A stretch of DNA of 64,000 nt, from assembly GCA_030141605.1 (NCBI GenBank), contig JAQGDQ010000127.1, forward strand, positions 186,001 to 250,000. Reading direction: 5' to 3'. The DNA is from Tubiluchus corallicola. Its lineage: Eukaryota > Animalia > Priapulida. This document shows, piece by piece, positions 1-12,800 of this stretch. The notes beneath the pieces were generated by a model that saw only the letters and a list, made by a program, of their open reading frames with translations, searched no databases and had not been told where the DNA came from. Every line of letters starts with the position of its first letter. Within the stretch, counting starts at the first letter, position 1. Both the position numbers and the translations under genes were made by a program.

Positions 1-275
1 GACTAAATTGGACGTGTCGACATCAAGTATAACTGAATGTCTCCTGCGACAGAAAACTTCAGTCTGCGTATGAAATTTGTAATGTAAAGAAACGGAGACT
101 CTAGCGATTTGCATGACGACTTTAACTTCCTATAATGAATTTTGCATTTCATTTCGAAACGGACGAAGTGTAAACCAAACCTTAGATATTGAAATTGCAA
201 AAACATTCTCAGTTATAAAAACCAACTTAGATGAATTCATACTAGGTGATTATACTGCACTATAGTTGTATCATT

Positions 276-485
276 TGTTGCTGCTTTGTTATTTATTGCA
301 ACTGACAGTGTTGATGCTGCTGTTGTTGCTGCTGCTGCTGCGGCTACTGCTACTACGTTATTATAGTGTTATCGTTAGTGTTGCACAGCTTGCTGTTTGT
401 TATTGTGGTTGTCGATTTTTGCTGCTGTTGTTGCTGTTGTTGCTTTTGCTGCTGTTATTGAATAGTTATTGATGTTCCTGTTGTT
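276..485. repeat. Degenerate (CTG/TTG)n trinucleotide low-complexity tract
   Basis: Runs such as gctgctgttgttgctgctgctgctg. This explains the spurious poly-Leu ORF 266..472. Confidence 0.8.
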
Positions 486-1433
486 GACCCCAGAGGTACT
501 GCCTGAAAAATTCCTAAAGGAGACGGAAGAGGTATTAGTGTGCCCCAAAAATCATTCCATACAAAGTTATATTACTTAGTATTACGCTTAGCTGTTTGAA
601 AGTCTTATAGTATTGGAAAAGAAAATTCTTAACAACTGCATCACCATCTTAGTGTGCACCCCTGATTCACAAACAAAAACACCTTATTGACATAATTGAC
701 TATATAAAGTAAATTGACAATTTAAACTTTTTGTTAGTTAGAAGAGTGTGTTTCGAAGGTTCTGATTATTTTTTTCAAACTGTACGCAATGTTATCTAAA
801 ACTGTCGAAGGACTTTTACCGTTGAAATGGGTGCGATTAATGATCCTCTCGGGAGTTTAAATTAACAAGTTTATGCAGTTTTAATGCTGTCCAATGGTTT
901 CTTATGCGTTAAAAATTCGCGAATGTGACTGATTTGCTGATTTTTGGCTAAGAAAAAGATTTACGCTATTGTTTTGAGCTAATAGCACATGCTTTGTAGA
1001 CTGCTTGACATTTTTAAATGAAAATTTGTCATGTTGCTTGGATTAATAGATCTGGTTTCACAACGTAATTATTGACAATCCTTAATTGCGTTTAAATACT
1101 ATAATGTAACTTTGCATGGAAAGTTCTTTTGGATATACTTTTGAATTCCCCCTTTAAAGTGCAAAAAAAAACCCTTACTTACATAAAGTTAGAGAAATTC
1201 GACTTGAAATTTTACATCACCTACATACGCCTTATTGCACACAGAGCTTGTATTAGCTGCGATGCCGTATAAAACTTCAAAATTTAAATTCCCGCGATGA
1301 CTGCTATGCAGGGTAGGATTATCCTATAATTATAATACAGGTGCAGCCTAGAGACTGAAGCTTGTGGGCCGTCAAGCTTTGGTATCAATTAATTGGTAAA
1401 AAATTTGGTTTTGCAATAACTAGTAATTATTGG

Positions 1434-1747
1434 CATTAAATTTCTTAAAAAAACATTAGATCTTTTTATAAATGAAAGATAGCTAATCTATAGTTTACAT
1501 AAAGATTCCGCAATAAGTTTAATTCAAGCTATTCAAATATTGTTTATCTAAAATATATTACGGGAAACTGCAGACGAGTTAGAGGGTCAATTAATTTTCT
1601 TAAAAAACATTAGATTTCTTTTATCTATAAACGAAATATAGCTATTGTATAGTTTATATAAAGAATTTGTAATAAGTTTAATTCAAGTTATGCAAATGCT
1701 GTCTAGCTAAAATATATTGCCAGTAACTGCAGGCGAGTTAGAGGGTG
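1434..1747. repeat. Diverged tandem duplication, two copies of about 157 bp
   Basis: Both copies run tttcttaaaaaa(a)cattagat ... aataagtttaattcaag ... actgcag(a/g)cgagttagagggt (about 1434-1588 and 1589-1747). Confidence 0.85.
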
Positions 1748-2186
1748 ACTCTGTCTGAAGCCAAGGGGTCCCAATAATTTCAATAGCCTAGGGGCCAAAA
1801 AAGCCATATACTACACTTCACTAACTAAGCAAAAGTATAGATTAATGCACCTTGTGGATAAGCTTAAAAATGGAAAGTCAGGCACTGTCAGTGGTGCACA
1901 CTGGCAAGATGAATAAGTGACATAACCAGTTGGCTCAAACATTTTAAATTACTGAGAGTTTTCTGTTCTAGTTACATAAGTCAAACAAGCAGGTAAGCGT
2001 AATGTAGGTAATGTAGCTTTTGTGGAAGGTTTTTTGGGACCTACTTTAAAACTGCTTTTTCTTCACTTTTAATGATTAGGTGTCGTTGTACTTGTTCTAC
2101 ACGATTCGAAAACAGATGCCATTTTGGCCGCGCGCTCGCTGAGATGGAAGTTGTTAGATATGGATTGAACTAATGTGGCGCTTGTT

Positions 2187-2913
2187 GGGCGCCGAGTAAT
2201 CTACCAGCCGAAGTAGGACAATTGGCGTACATGGGCTAGCCCAAGTAGAACGCGGCGTACATAGGACACTAGAGACAGGTTGCGAATTGAGTGCGTACTG
2301 GCTCCATCCGCTGTCCTTGTTTATGTAATAATAATAATTAAAAACGTCAATACACGTTGAATAATTTATTATACGTCTGATAAAATAAAAATTTTTATTC
2401 TGAGCTAGAAGAATTAATATTTGCCCATATCTTCTTTGAAGTGAAATAAGCGCAGTTTTTAGGCGATTTCAACGTTTGCTTAAGGTATATCGTTTTTTAT
2501 TTTGTCTTGCTTCACAGACAGGCGATCCTTTTCACTCCTTCTTGGACAAATAATTGTTTTCTACTAAATAAACGGGTTAGCAAGTTACGCGCCCGACATA
2601 GTTTCTCTCTTTAAAGCATTAGATACTTAGTTTGATGTTATGATGATATTAATGGAACTAATAATAATGATGATATTGTTGTAAAAAAATACGTTTGTAA
2701 ATTGCCCAAGGACTATCCATTATTATTATAAAGTTACTTTTTTCTAAAACAAATTTAGTTTTATGTTTTATTATGTCATAAATCACGATTCTCGACAGAA
2801 ATCGCTAGTGCGCTATTTGGGCTGCCCATGTATGAGACACTGCTTTCCCTCAAATTTAGCAAATGCGTTTTATCGGAAGTGTCCTACTTCGGCTAGTGTA
2901 TTACTCGGCGCCC
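2187..2913. mobile_element. Inverted-repeat-bounded element (MITE/foldback relic) upstream of NSDHL
   Basis: 2187-2220 is the reverse complement of 2880-2913 (31/34 identical). A nested second inverted pair lies at about 2228-2245 and 2816-2832. Confidence 0.55.
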
Positions 2914-3077
2914 TACACCCCTCATGCTTACATAATTTGTCAAAATTTCAAGAAAAATTGGTTAAAAAAGTCAGAAAGTCGATTTGTTGTGTATAGGTTG
3001 AGTAATCAGATTTTGAGTTTTATTCTACAGTCGGCACATCAAATCTTAAAATTTAAATTCTACAGTCGGAAGAGAAG

Positions 3078-4029
3078 GTACGTAATCACAGAAGTAAACA
3101 GTAGAAGAAGTCATTAATCAAAGAAGAACGTACGAAATCACAAAGAGTATTATTATTTATCGTGCTTAGTTTTATTGTTAGTATTACTATTTGCTATACA
3201 AGTATATTGCTTTTATTTTGAGAGTTTTGCCTGTCTAATGTGTACAAGAGATGTAAGGGGCATACGATGATAATGATGGTGATATTAGTCACGCTATGTT
3301 AATGTTACTTGTTTCATCAGGTAGCCTTGATTATTAATCCTTACTTTGATTGTGTTAATCAGGTTTGGAGTCCTCACTACATAAATTATTTATGATCAAG
3401 TACAGAAGTGCTTTGTAAAGCATTCTATTCCATTTACGTCTATAGACAAATATTACATGTATAACTTTTCCAGTTAATCAACTTGCTTTAATGTACATAT
3501 AGCTTAGTCTTAAAAATAGTTGTTTAATGAAATTTTTCAGGACATTGGAAAGGTTTGCCAATTTTGTCCTTTCTGTTTTTCTTTTGTAATTTCAGAACTT
3601 TATACACCAAGGTGCATACTGATTGGTTTTTAACTTGAAAAATCCAATAGTAGAATGTGAATGCTATGTAACTGCATTTAAAATAAGCTTTTTGATATTT
3701 TTTCTTGAGGCATCTTGTTTTCTGAGCTTTTATTTTTTGCATTTATAATTAGTTCCTTGGATCTTAACAGTATTGTTTGTGATATTAATCAATGATTTAC
3801 ATTACATTGAACTTTTAACTTAAGCTAAACCAGCTATAGTAAATCAGGACATGGCAGTTAAGAGACCTAGAAGTTAATCTATATTGCTGCTTAATTAATC
3901 TTAATAAAGAAGTATGCTGTAGCTAGAACAGGTCTAGTATGTGTGAATTTCTACATTAATTCTGCCAAAATGTGGTAAAAATAGTGTTTGCAGACTAGCA
4001 ATTTATAAATTTGGTCTATCGACTTTCAG
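3078..4029 (+). other. Probable 5'-UTR intron of NSDHL
   Basis: Donor AAG|gtacgt at 3078 and acceptor gactttcag| at 4029, 68 nt before the ATG. No transcript evidence is available. Confidence 0.5.
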
Positions 4030-4097
4030 AGCAAGCTACAAGAAAAGCTGAATAAGTCGATATTTGATGACAAACAAAAAAAGTGGATTGCACTAGA

Positions 4098-5120
4098 ATG
4101 ACTTCGTGTACGGTAATCGGAGGATGTGGATTTGTTGGCCGTCACCTAATGGAAGCATTGGTTAAGAAAGGCTATATCGTGAATGTTTTTGACATCAAGC
4201 AAACATTTGACGATGACCGTGTCACATATTTTACAGGCAACCTATGCAACAAACTTGACCTTCTTCCAGCTTTAAAAGGAGTGGAATTGGTATTTCATAC
4301 AGCCTCACCACCTGCATCCAGTGATAACAAAGAGTTGTTCAAGCGAGTAAACATCGAAGGAACTGCTACTGTAATAGATGCTTGCAAGGAAGCTGGAGTC
4401 AGAAAATTTGTTTTAACTAGTAGTGCCAGTGTAATCTATGAAGGAAAAGATATTATGAATGGTTCAGAAAACCAACCTTATACATCAAAACCTCTTGATT
4501 TTTACACAGAAACAAAAATTATGCAGGAGAAAATGGTTCTTGCCTCAAATTCTGTCAATGAAAATTTTTTAACTATTGCCATCCGTCCTCATGGTATATT
4601 TGGACCTGGTGATCAGCAGATGCTGCCCCAATTAGTAAAAGCCGCAAAAGAAGGGAAAATGAGAGCTATTATTGGAAATGGAATGAACTTGGTGGATTTT
4701 ACTTACATCGATAATGTCATACATGGTCACATATTAGCTGCGCAAAGCTTAGCAGATGGATGTTCAACAGCAGGCAGAGCCTACAACGTTACAAATGATA
4801 GTCCAGTATTTTTCTGGACATTTGTTACTTCATTGCTAGTTGGTCTTGGCTATAAGGCACCTCGTCATCACATTCCTCATATTATTGTTTGGTTTATTGC
4901 CATCCTGCTAGATATTATTAAATATCTTTTATCTCCCATATATAAGTTGGAAGTAACCTTTACTCCCATGAGAGTTGCTCTAATAAGTGGGCATCATTAT
5001 TACAGTTGCGAAAGAGCAAAACGGGAATTTAACTATAAGCCTTTAGTCTCAATGAATGAGGCAACTGAACGTACATTAAAAAGCTTTGCACATCTAAGAA
5101 ATAATAACAAAATATCGTAA
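4098..5120 (+). CDS. NSDHL: Sterol-4-alpha-carboxylate 3-dehydrogenase, decarboxylating (NSDHL/ERG26; extended SDR, 3-beta-HSD family); single coding exon, 340 aa
   Basis: Rossmann motif GGCGFVG, VFHTASPP, LTSSASV, catalytic YTETK (YxxxK), RPHGIFGPGD, NLVDFTYIDNVIHGHILAA, a hydrophobic membrane segment and FTPMRVAL..HYYSCERAK. The ORF-track start at 4083 is a GTG; the first ATG is at 4098, with in-frame stops upstream. Confidence 0.93.
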   Translation: MTSCTVIGGCGFVGRHLMEALVKKGYIVNVFDIKQTFDDDRVTYFTGNLCNKLDLLPALKGVELVFHTASPPASSDNKELFKRVNIEGTATVIDACKEAGVRKFVLTSSASVIYEGKDIMNGSENQPYTSKPLDFYTETKIMQEKMVLASNSVNENFLTIAIRPHGIFGPGDQQMLPQLVKAAKEGKMRAIIGNGMNLVDFTYIDNVIHGHILAAQSLADGCSTAGRAYNVTNDSPVFFWTFVTSLLVGLGYKAPRHHIPHIIVWFIAILLDIIKYLLSPIYKLEVTFTPMRVALISGHHYYSCERAKREFNYKPLVSMNEATERTLKSFAHLRNNNKIS

Positions 5121-7628
5121 GACTTGATATGATGTTAGTGAATTCTCTGCATTAGTAAATTTAATGCTGACATATTTTGCAAACAACAATCTAATTTGAA
5201 AGTAGTCAATAATATAATTAGGCTAATTTGAAGGAGTATGCTATGTGTTCCTTCTTTAAAATAATATTGAAATTAGATCAGATAGAATGTGTACCTCTGC
5301 AATTTAACGTCTTTGCCTTTCATTTTGTTTGTAATGTTTTTAATATCGACAAATGAGATTTTATGTATTAAGAGTAGAATACATGTATACAAATATCATA
5401 AATAATTAGCTAGCAGTTTATGCTGAATCGTATTTCAACTCACTTATGATTCCTTTTTTTCTAGGACTTTTTGGTAAAAAATTATAAGGACAAAAGGGCA
5501 TTGAAAAAGTGTGATTATAACTGTGGTGAGATGAGCATGACGTTTAAGTGCTGGTAAATGTTTTGTACTATGTTGTCCACACTGTCCAGCAATTTTGTTC
5601 CATGTAGCTCTGGTCAATGCCTTTATAAGGAAATGACATTATTTTTAGCTGTTAAGTGCTGTATTTTGAAAAGAAGTAATAGCTTAAATGCTTCAGATGT
5701 TAATCTATCAAACTGCTTTGTTTTGCTCAACGTAATATTCTTAGCAATGTTTATTGCAGCTATGTCTTTAGTTGTAGCTTTGTATCACCTCTACGAAATC
5801 ATTATTATCGAATTTTAAGGAAGTATTTGCTTAGGAGTTTTAGAATATTCAGATTGTCCTGCAATAAATACAGACATGGACATTTTGCTTATTTAGCTAT
5901 AGGACCTAATCATTTGTGCATGACCTGTGTATCTGTATTGCTTGTAGTTTCCCCATGCCACTGCCTGCGTACGTGTGTGTCCCGTATAACTATAAATATG
6001 ATTTCTTGTTTTATAAAATTTTATTTTTTTATCATTGTGCATTCTGATAATATGACAAACTAAAAGTGCCTTTACTTTAGAAAAATACATTGTGAAATAT
6101 GCATTCGCTTTTTTCAATTATTTTATCGATTACTAACCTACATCACATTACGTTTTAATGACCTTTCGCTAGAACTGTTGACTATAAAAGAATTTATATT
6201 TTTGAAGTTAAATCTGAGTAGTGGCACTTGTAAGCCCTTTATGTTTTCTATATTTGTATGACATAATTAATGCTAATTGTCTTTTCTTAATACTTGTTCG
6301 TGAAATTAGCATGCTAGTGCAAAATACTAAACTAGGATGTTAAACTGTTGCCTTAAAAAATGGACAGTAGTCGACTTGAGAAACTACATTATAATGTAAT
6401 TGAAGTGTAACAATAGATTTACGGAAGTAAATAAAAAATTAAAGTCAAATAAACAGTGTGTTTTAAATCCCCAGTTGTGCCCAAGGTAAATTATAGATAA
6501 TTTTAACATCACATTTTCATAAATATGCTTTAAGGTATTATTTTTTTCAACACTATACCCTGTTGTTATCATCTATTATTATTATTATTATTATTATTAT
6601 TGACATATTATTGTCATCTGTATTAATATCAGATATCATTAATCATTTTTAAGGCACTTACGTGCAGTATGTTATCCTCCGGTAGATTCCACAAAAGTCC
6701 AGAACTGACCACAAATGCCAACATAATTTATTATTACCAATAAAATCTGAATTTTTTTTGGCAAATCCACAAAACTAGAGTCAGAATGGGCAATCAAAAA
6801 CTGTGAAACCAAAACAAGATTGTACAAGTAATAGTGTTTATATTTAACAGTTAAGCTTAGTAAATAATACCTATTTAATCAAATAAATACTTCATTTAAC
6901 ACTTTAGAATAGATAAAAATGCATGAATAAAATTCTGTAAATACATACATTCAAAGACGGCAATAACTATACAGTACAATTTATTGTGATGTTCTTACTT
7001 TATACTGATATGCTAGCTGATTTTCTCTAAAAATTTTAATTCCATTTTTGATACAATTAACACTTTCCAAAAAAATATTTCTAATGACTTAACTCTTAGC
7101 TACATGATCAACAGTAAGTGACTGCAATATAATATTTTCAAATACGAAAAGTTTCAAACACAACCTACTTTACTTAAGTAATGTCTAGTTAACTATAATT
7201 ACACAAAGTACGTATTACAAATGGAACATAATAAATTATAAAACTGACTTAAAATAATATAATTAGCAAACTATTACTTTGCTAGTTTCTTATTTTTAAA
7301 TTTATGCTGCGGCTAAATAACGGTTATTTATTAAATGTTTTTATTAAAAAACTAGATACACTCATTAAAACTTGTATAGTATAAAATGCTCTAATGTTTG
7401 AGAAAGAGTTGCACATTATTAGATATGAATTTTGCTTACAGTTGTACACTGCTAATTTATTGACATAAAAAATTGTGTTATTTAATTACTACATAAAAAC
7501 AATGATTTTATAATACAAGTAGAACAGTATAATTACTATGATTTCAAACAATAACTGTACAAAAGGCAATTATTAGAATTGAAGTTTCGTTAGACAGCTT
7601 CTTGCAATCTTTTTTCCACTTGTACTGT

Positions 7629-9737
7629 TTATGAGTATACAGTCATTAAAATTACCTGAAAAGAAATTTAGGCAATCATTATATATAAAGAATCAAATCT
7701 ATATTAAAAATTTCTAAGCTACTTGTGCACAACTTTTAACTTGAAACCATACACAAGAGAATGTTTTGCAAAGTGTTAATTTGGTAGCTATTCAGATATT
7801 AACATAATGTAAAATGCAATGTGTTTAAAGTAACACATGTGTATGTACACTAACCTCTTCCAGTGTTAGAGCAGTGTCCTTGTTCTTTTCTTTCAGATTA
7901 ATAAACCTATCTAAAAATTAAAAGTTTATTGTGTCATTGTTAACATTAATAATATTTTCCCAATGAAATCAAATGATTATGCTATTTCAGAGAGAGACTA
8001 TTTGAACTAGAAAAACTAAGCTTGGATGCAATTAAGTTATGGATGTATTTAGATCAGAATATTACGCATTGTAGAATGGTTGGTGAAAAGACGTGACGTT
8101 CTAAAACTGTGCCCTTGTAAAAGAATTCCATACACAACCAAGATCTAGCACGCAGCTATACAAATGGGCACGCGCTTTATCTAAATCTATGCCTAGCTAA
8201 CATTAGAATGAAGTTCTCACACTCAAAAATGCCCACTGCGCCGACATTCGTGTAGTGATTAAGCAAAAATTATTAAGACACTTCTACTTAATTAAGTGGC
8301 ACTTACTGTATGAAACATGCAACTTAACGAGACAGAGCACAAAACTGTCAAACGTTAGTAGTTCGTTGTTAGCATACTTTAGCACGAGAACTTCTAGTAC
8401 TTTGTTGCTCACTGTAAAACCTATAGTGAAACAGAGTTTAAAATTAATATAGGTATTATATAGCCATAGAAACACTTTCATTTACAGTCACAAAATAAAT
8501 GTCGTTTATTAAAATTATTGTAAAAACCACATCCCCAATTCTGACATACCTGCTTCTTTTAGAAGATTACGTAATGTATAACTCCATATTGTTCCGGTGA
8601 ATTTTCTATCATAGGACATAAAGAGACCCTATAAATACCAAAGAGCTTCAGCAATAGCATTTAAGTAATTATTATTACAAACTCATTGACTCTGCGTAAT
8701 AAAATAATATGCTCATTGGGACTCTAATTCGTTAAATGCAATGTAATCAGTGCAGAGTGATAACATAACATTCAGTAAACCGAAAGTACTTGCCAAATGA
8801 GATGCAATTGCGATAATAAATTGTCTCTCACAATAAACTGTTTCATCTATTTTATTTACTTTTATAAAACAATTAAAACATGTCATTAATGATTGATCAC
8901 TTGTTTTACTATGCATGTTAACAATGGTATTAGAAAGCAGGATAACAATCAATCATATCAGTTGCAGTCTACTTCTGTCTTCATCTTATTTTAAATTTTG
9001 CAAAATTGTATGCAATACCTTCCATCTTTGCAGTGAGTGCACTATCTCTGCCACGTCACTAGGATTGATGCAGCCATGCATTGTAAACTATTATTACGTT
9101 AAGTTTCTTAGACAAGTAAATTCTGCAGTACAAATGCAAGTGATTAACAATACAAATGAAACAATTAAATTAGTCTGCTTCCAGATTACCAGTTACTAAT
9201 AGTGTAAAGAAACTTCTGATTATTACTCAGATATTCTAGAGGAAATTAAAATGAACTGAGATAGATTTGTATGACGGAAGTGTTACCTAATAAGCCAATC
9301 TTTCATACTGCTAAACCTGCCACATTAACAAACCTGTCACATTGCCAAACTTGTTGCACTGCTAAACCTGCCACATTGCCAACCTGTCACACTGCTAAAT
9401 GTACTACACTGGTAGACCTGCTACGCTACCAAACTTGCCACACTGCCAAAACCTGCACTTAGCCAAATTTGCCACACTGTCAACCCTTTCATGCTGCTAA
9501 ACCTACATACTGGAAAAATGCTGCGAAACGTGCCACACTCACAACCTGCTACATTAATTGCCTAATGTGCCACTCTGCCAAAGTGCTATACTGACAAAAA
9601 CCGTCAGGTGCCAAATCCTGTTTCACAGCCAGATGTACTACGTTGCCAAACCTGTCGAAGCATGTTACTGCTAAAATCGAATTTTGAATTTTGTTTGTTA
9701 GTTATTTAATTATTTCTTTTTATTTTAGACCTTTCTT

Positions 9738-9798
<61 letters not shown>

Positions 9799-9852
9799 TA
9801 TTTCTATATTTATATATGTACAGAGGAAAAGTGTTTAAAATAATTTCTTCAG

Positions 9853-9886
<34 letters not shown>

Positions 9887-12800
9887 CGTATATGTACAGT
9901 TCATCATGAGACAGTAAATATTACCTCGATCACTTTGTCTCTCCTATCACCACATTCACCACTTCCTCTCAACGCCACTCATTAACGAGCCATTTTGCCA
10001 AACTATCAAACTTGTTGCTAAATCCACCACACTAGTAAAGTCTCCACACTGTCAAGTGCGCCATTGCCACATTTCCAAGCTTGTCAGTGCTGACAATTTT
10101 TAAGTTACGGCTAGCATTTCTTAATTGAAAGCAACTTGTAAAAATTTAAAATTTGGTTTTCAAGCACCATATGACTGACTATCAACATGTTGCTAAAGCG
10201 TAGAAATGAATATATTAGGGTGTAAAAGATACATCCTTAATCATGATCAGGTATTTGCAAAATTCTAATGAGATGTCTTTCCTGTCTTTGCCACGTAAGA
10301 AGTCTGTGGAAAGAAAAACAAAGATTACGACATGTATTTAAGTAAAAAAACGTGCATAATACAGATCTATATCCAAAGCCGGATATGTAATGTACATATA
10401 GACCGATTAATTATTTTCATACACCTAGTGTTATCTATTTTAGCGGTCTCCTTACCAAACTGCATACCATCGTAATATCTTTATTTGTGATCACAAACAT
10501 TGTCAAACAGTGGGATCGTAAGCTTATGCACACCCAAGCGAACGAGATAATGTCTCTTTTTTATTCGCGACCGCTAGCTAACGTCGTGGATCTAGCGCAA
10601 CCTATAGGCTGATTTTTTTCATAATTATGTTAGGCATCCCCAGTTTGCCACTTTTAATTCATGTTAATTCACAAACGCAGAGGGCAGGGTCAAATGGTCA
10701 AACTAGACATCAGTCAGTTTTTCGGTTGCCATTCAAATCTTCCTAGAGCTTTGAGTTAAAAGTTAAATTCAAATTTTTTCATAAGTATTTAGGTAATGTG
10801 CGGTAGATGTGTACTTGGAGTTTTAAAAAGCTGGGATTTTTCAAAGGCCTAACCTAGGAGCCAAAATGGATAGCACTGAATAAGTCTAAAACTATAGTAA
10901 TTAGAATCATGACAGACACCTAGAGTCGGGGCTCAAACAATGGTGCCGACAAAAAAACTTAGGATTGCCAAAATGTGAAAATTAGGGCAAACGGCTTTGT
11001 CCTTCACATCACAGACACGGTGTATAACCGGGCATATATAAGAATGCCTGCACATTTTATAGTGCAAAAAACAGGTAAAGTGTTTAAAATAATTTCTTCA
11101 GATCTTTTCCTGAGCATTATACTTAATGCAAAAGTTTGCTAAGGCAAGCTGCATAATTCTTAGATTTTGGATGTACTTTTCCTAGGCATTTTCAAGAATG
11201 TTGAAGAAATTTTAATTTGCATAAAAATAAAACGGATAGTCAATTGTTTTGATGTAATTTTCCTAGGTATTTTATATAATGCTAATTCAAATCTAGGGAA
11301 TGTCTGAAAAAGTCATGTTTTGGTGTGCTTGCAAATTTGTGACGTAAATACATTCGTTCCCGTCGTTGACCATTTTTCGTGCCCAAAAATTTAAGTTCCT
11401 CCCTATGTCGTAGCATCTGTATAGCGGTGACAATGATGAGTTAGGAGAGCAATTCTTGCATGAAATATTTATCAATACAGATGCCATTTCAAAGTTGGAA
11501 GAGGGCATACTTTAGCTTGTCGAATACGACCTTGAACTGTTATTATTTTTTCTCCCCTCCTACTTTCATCTTCGAAACTCTATGTTTCATTGTGAAAGGT
11601 CCGACACCAATTGGAGCGCTGCTCCGCTTGGAAAAGTTCAGATTTGCATTGAGCATTGTAAAATATCCAATTCCAGCTGTTTTCTGATTTGTGCAGTAAC
11701 TATTAGGGCGTACCTTGGTTTCGGGCCCAGAAAATCCTAAAAGGCATTAGTCTGGCAATTGGTCCGCTTGTAGAAAAAAAGTATCAGTTTTGCATTCAGC
11801 ACTATAAAATACACTTTTCTGCAGCGTACAGCTTCCTTACCCTGAAATGGCCTTAATGCTTTCGGAAAAAAATTGCACCCATTTTTTTGGTCTGAGTTTT
11901 GGTCATAATTGCTAATTTTCAACAAACAAATTAATTTTAGCACACATATGCCAATGGAGCCAAAAATTTAACAGAAGGAGCCATACTAATTACAGTGCCG
12001 AAGCAATGTACAAAATATTTAGGAAAGATTAAATTCAATGGGAATTATGTTCATTTTGATAAAGTCAGTTAACACGTTACTGTGTATTGTGCAAAACGTC
12101 CAGGTAAATTATGAAAAAGTCGTAGCAAAACCATTTATTTCACAATTTCACACTTTTCTTGAAATGCATACATAAAATGCATAGAAATTTTATATAATAT
12201 CTAAATTACATATTTTGCCTGTAACAGTGGTTATAATTCCCAAACTGTAATACGCTGAGTCACTAAATGTCAAGCTTCCAGGATAGACCGGCACTTAAGT
12301 ATTGAGGTGTAGATGTGCATCTCGGGATTTAAGGAGCTTGAATGGGGTTGAAATGTGAAAATTAAAGCAAACTGCTCAATCACATGTGAGTAAACTGCAT
12401 TGGGCCAGATGCAGTCAAGCGATGATTACTCACAAGCACCGTGCACACTGTCAAACTTGAGTGTAATAATCTACAAATAAGTAACCACTCTTGACAGGTA
12501 TAGTCAGGTGTAAACACGGTCTGCTCGCGGATTTGCATCTGGATTCACCCGGTCTTGTTTTTATAAATGAGTAAATTGTTTCTGCGCAAGTGATTAAAGT
12601 AAATCTTTGCAAATCAATAAACTGCTTTTGTATAAACATTAGATAAGCAAAGTGTGTGAACGAGCAAATTGTCTGCATGTAACTGAGTAACAGTTATAGT
12701 TCCACGTAACACATGAAGCAATTGCTTATAAATACAATAAAACTTACTTTTTGGTAATGTTTCTTTTAGTATGCGAAGCAAATCTTCAGCATAGACTTTG

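Larger units (their letters stand above)
9088..10232 (-). other. Likely U12-type (minor spliceosome) GT-AG intron in the calpain PEF region
   Basis: 5' splice site GAT|GTATCTTTT. The 3' end reads aaaCTTAACgtaataatag|, with a branch-like motif (9103-9098) about 10 nt from the AG and no polypyrimidine tract. Confidence 0.75.

Noticed and set aside
266-472. Poly-Leu ORF
   Set aside because: It is a translation of a CTG/TTG low-complexity tract.
4083-4097. ORF-track start for NSDHL at 4083
   Set aside because: The codon is GTG; in a eukaryote the ATG at 4098 is the likely start.
9300-9660. CRISPR-like repeat array
   Set aside because: The units are contiguous and degenerate with no unique spacers, there are no cas genes, and the context is a eukaryotic intron.
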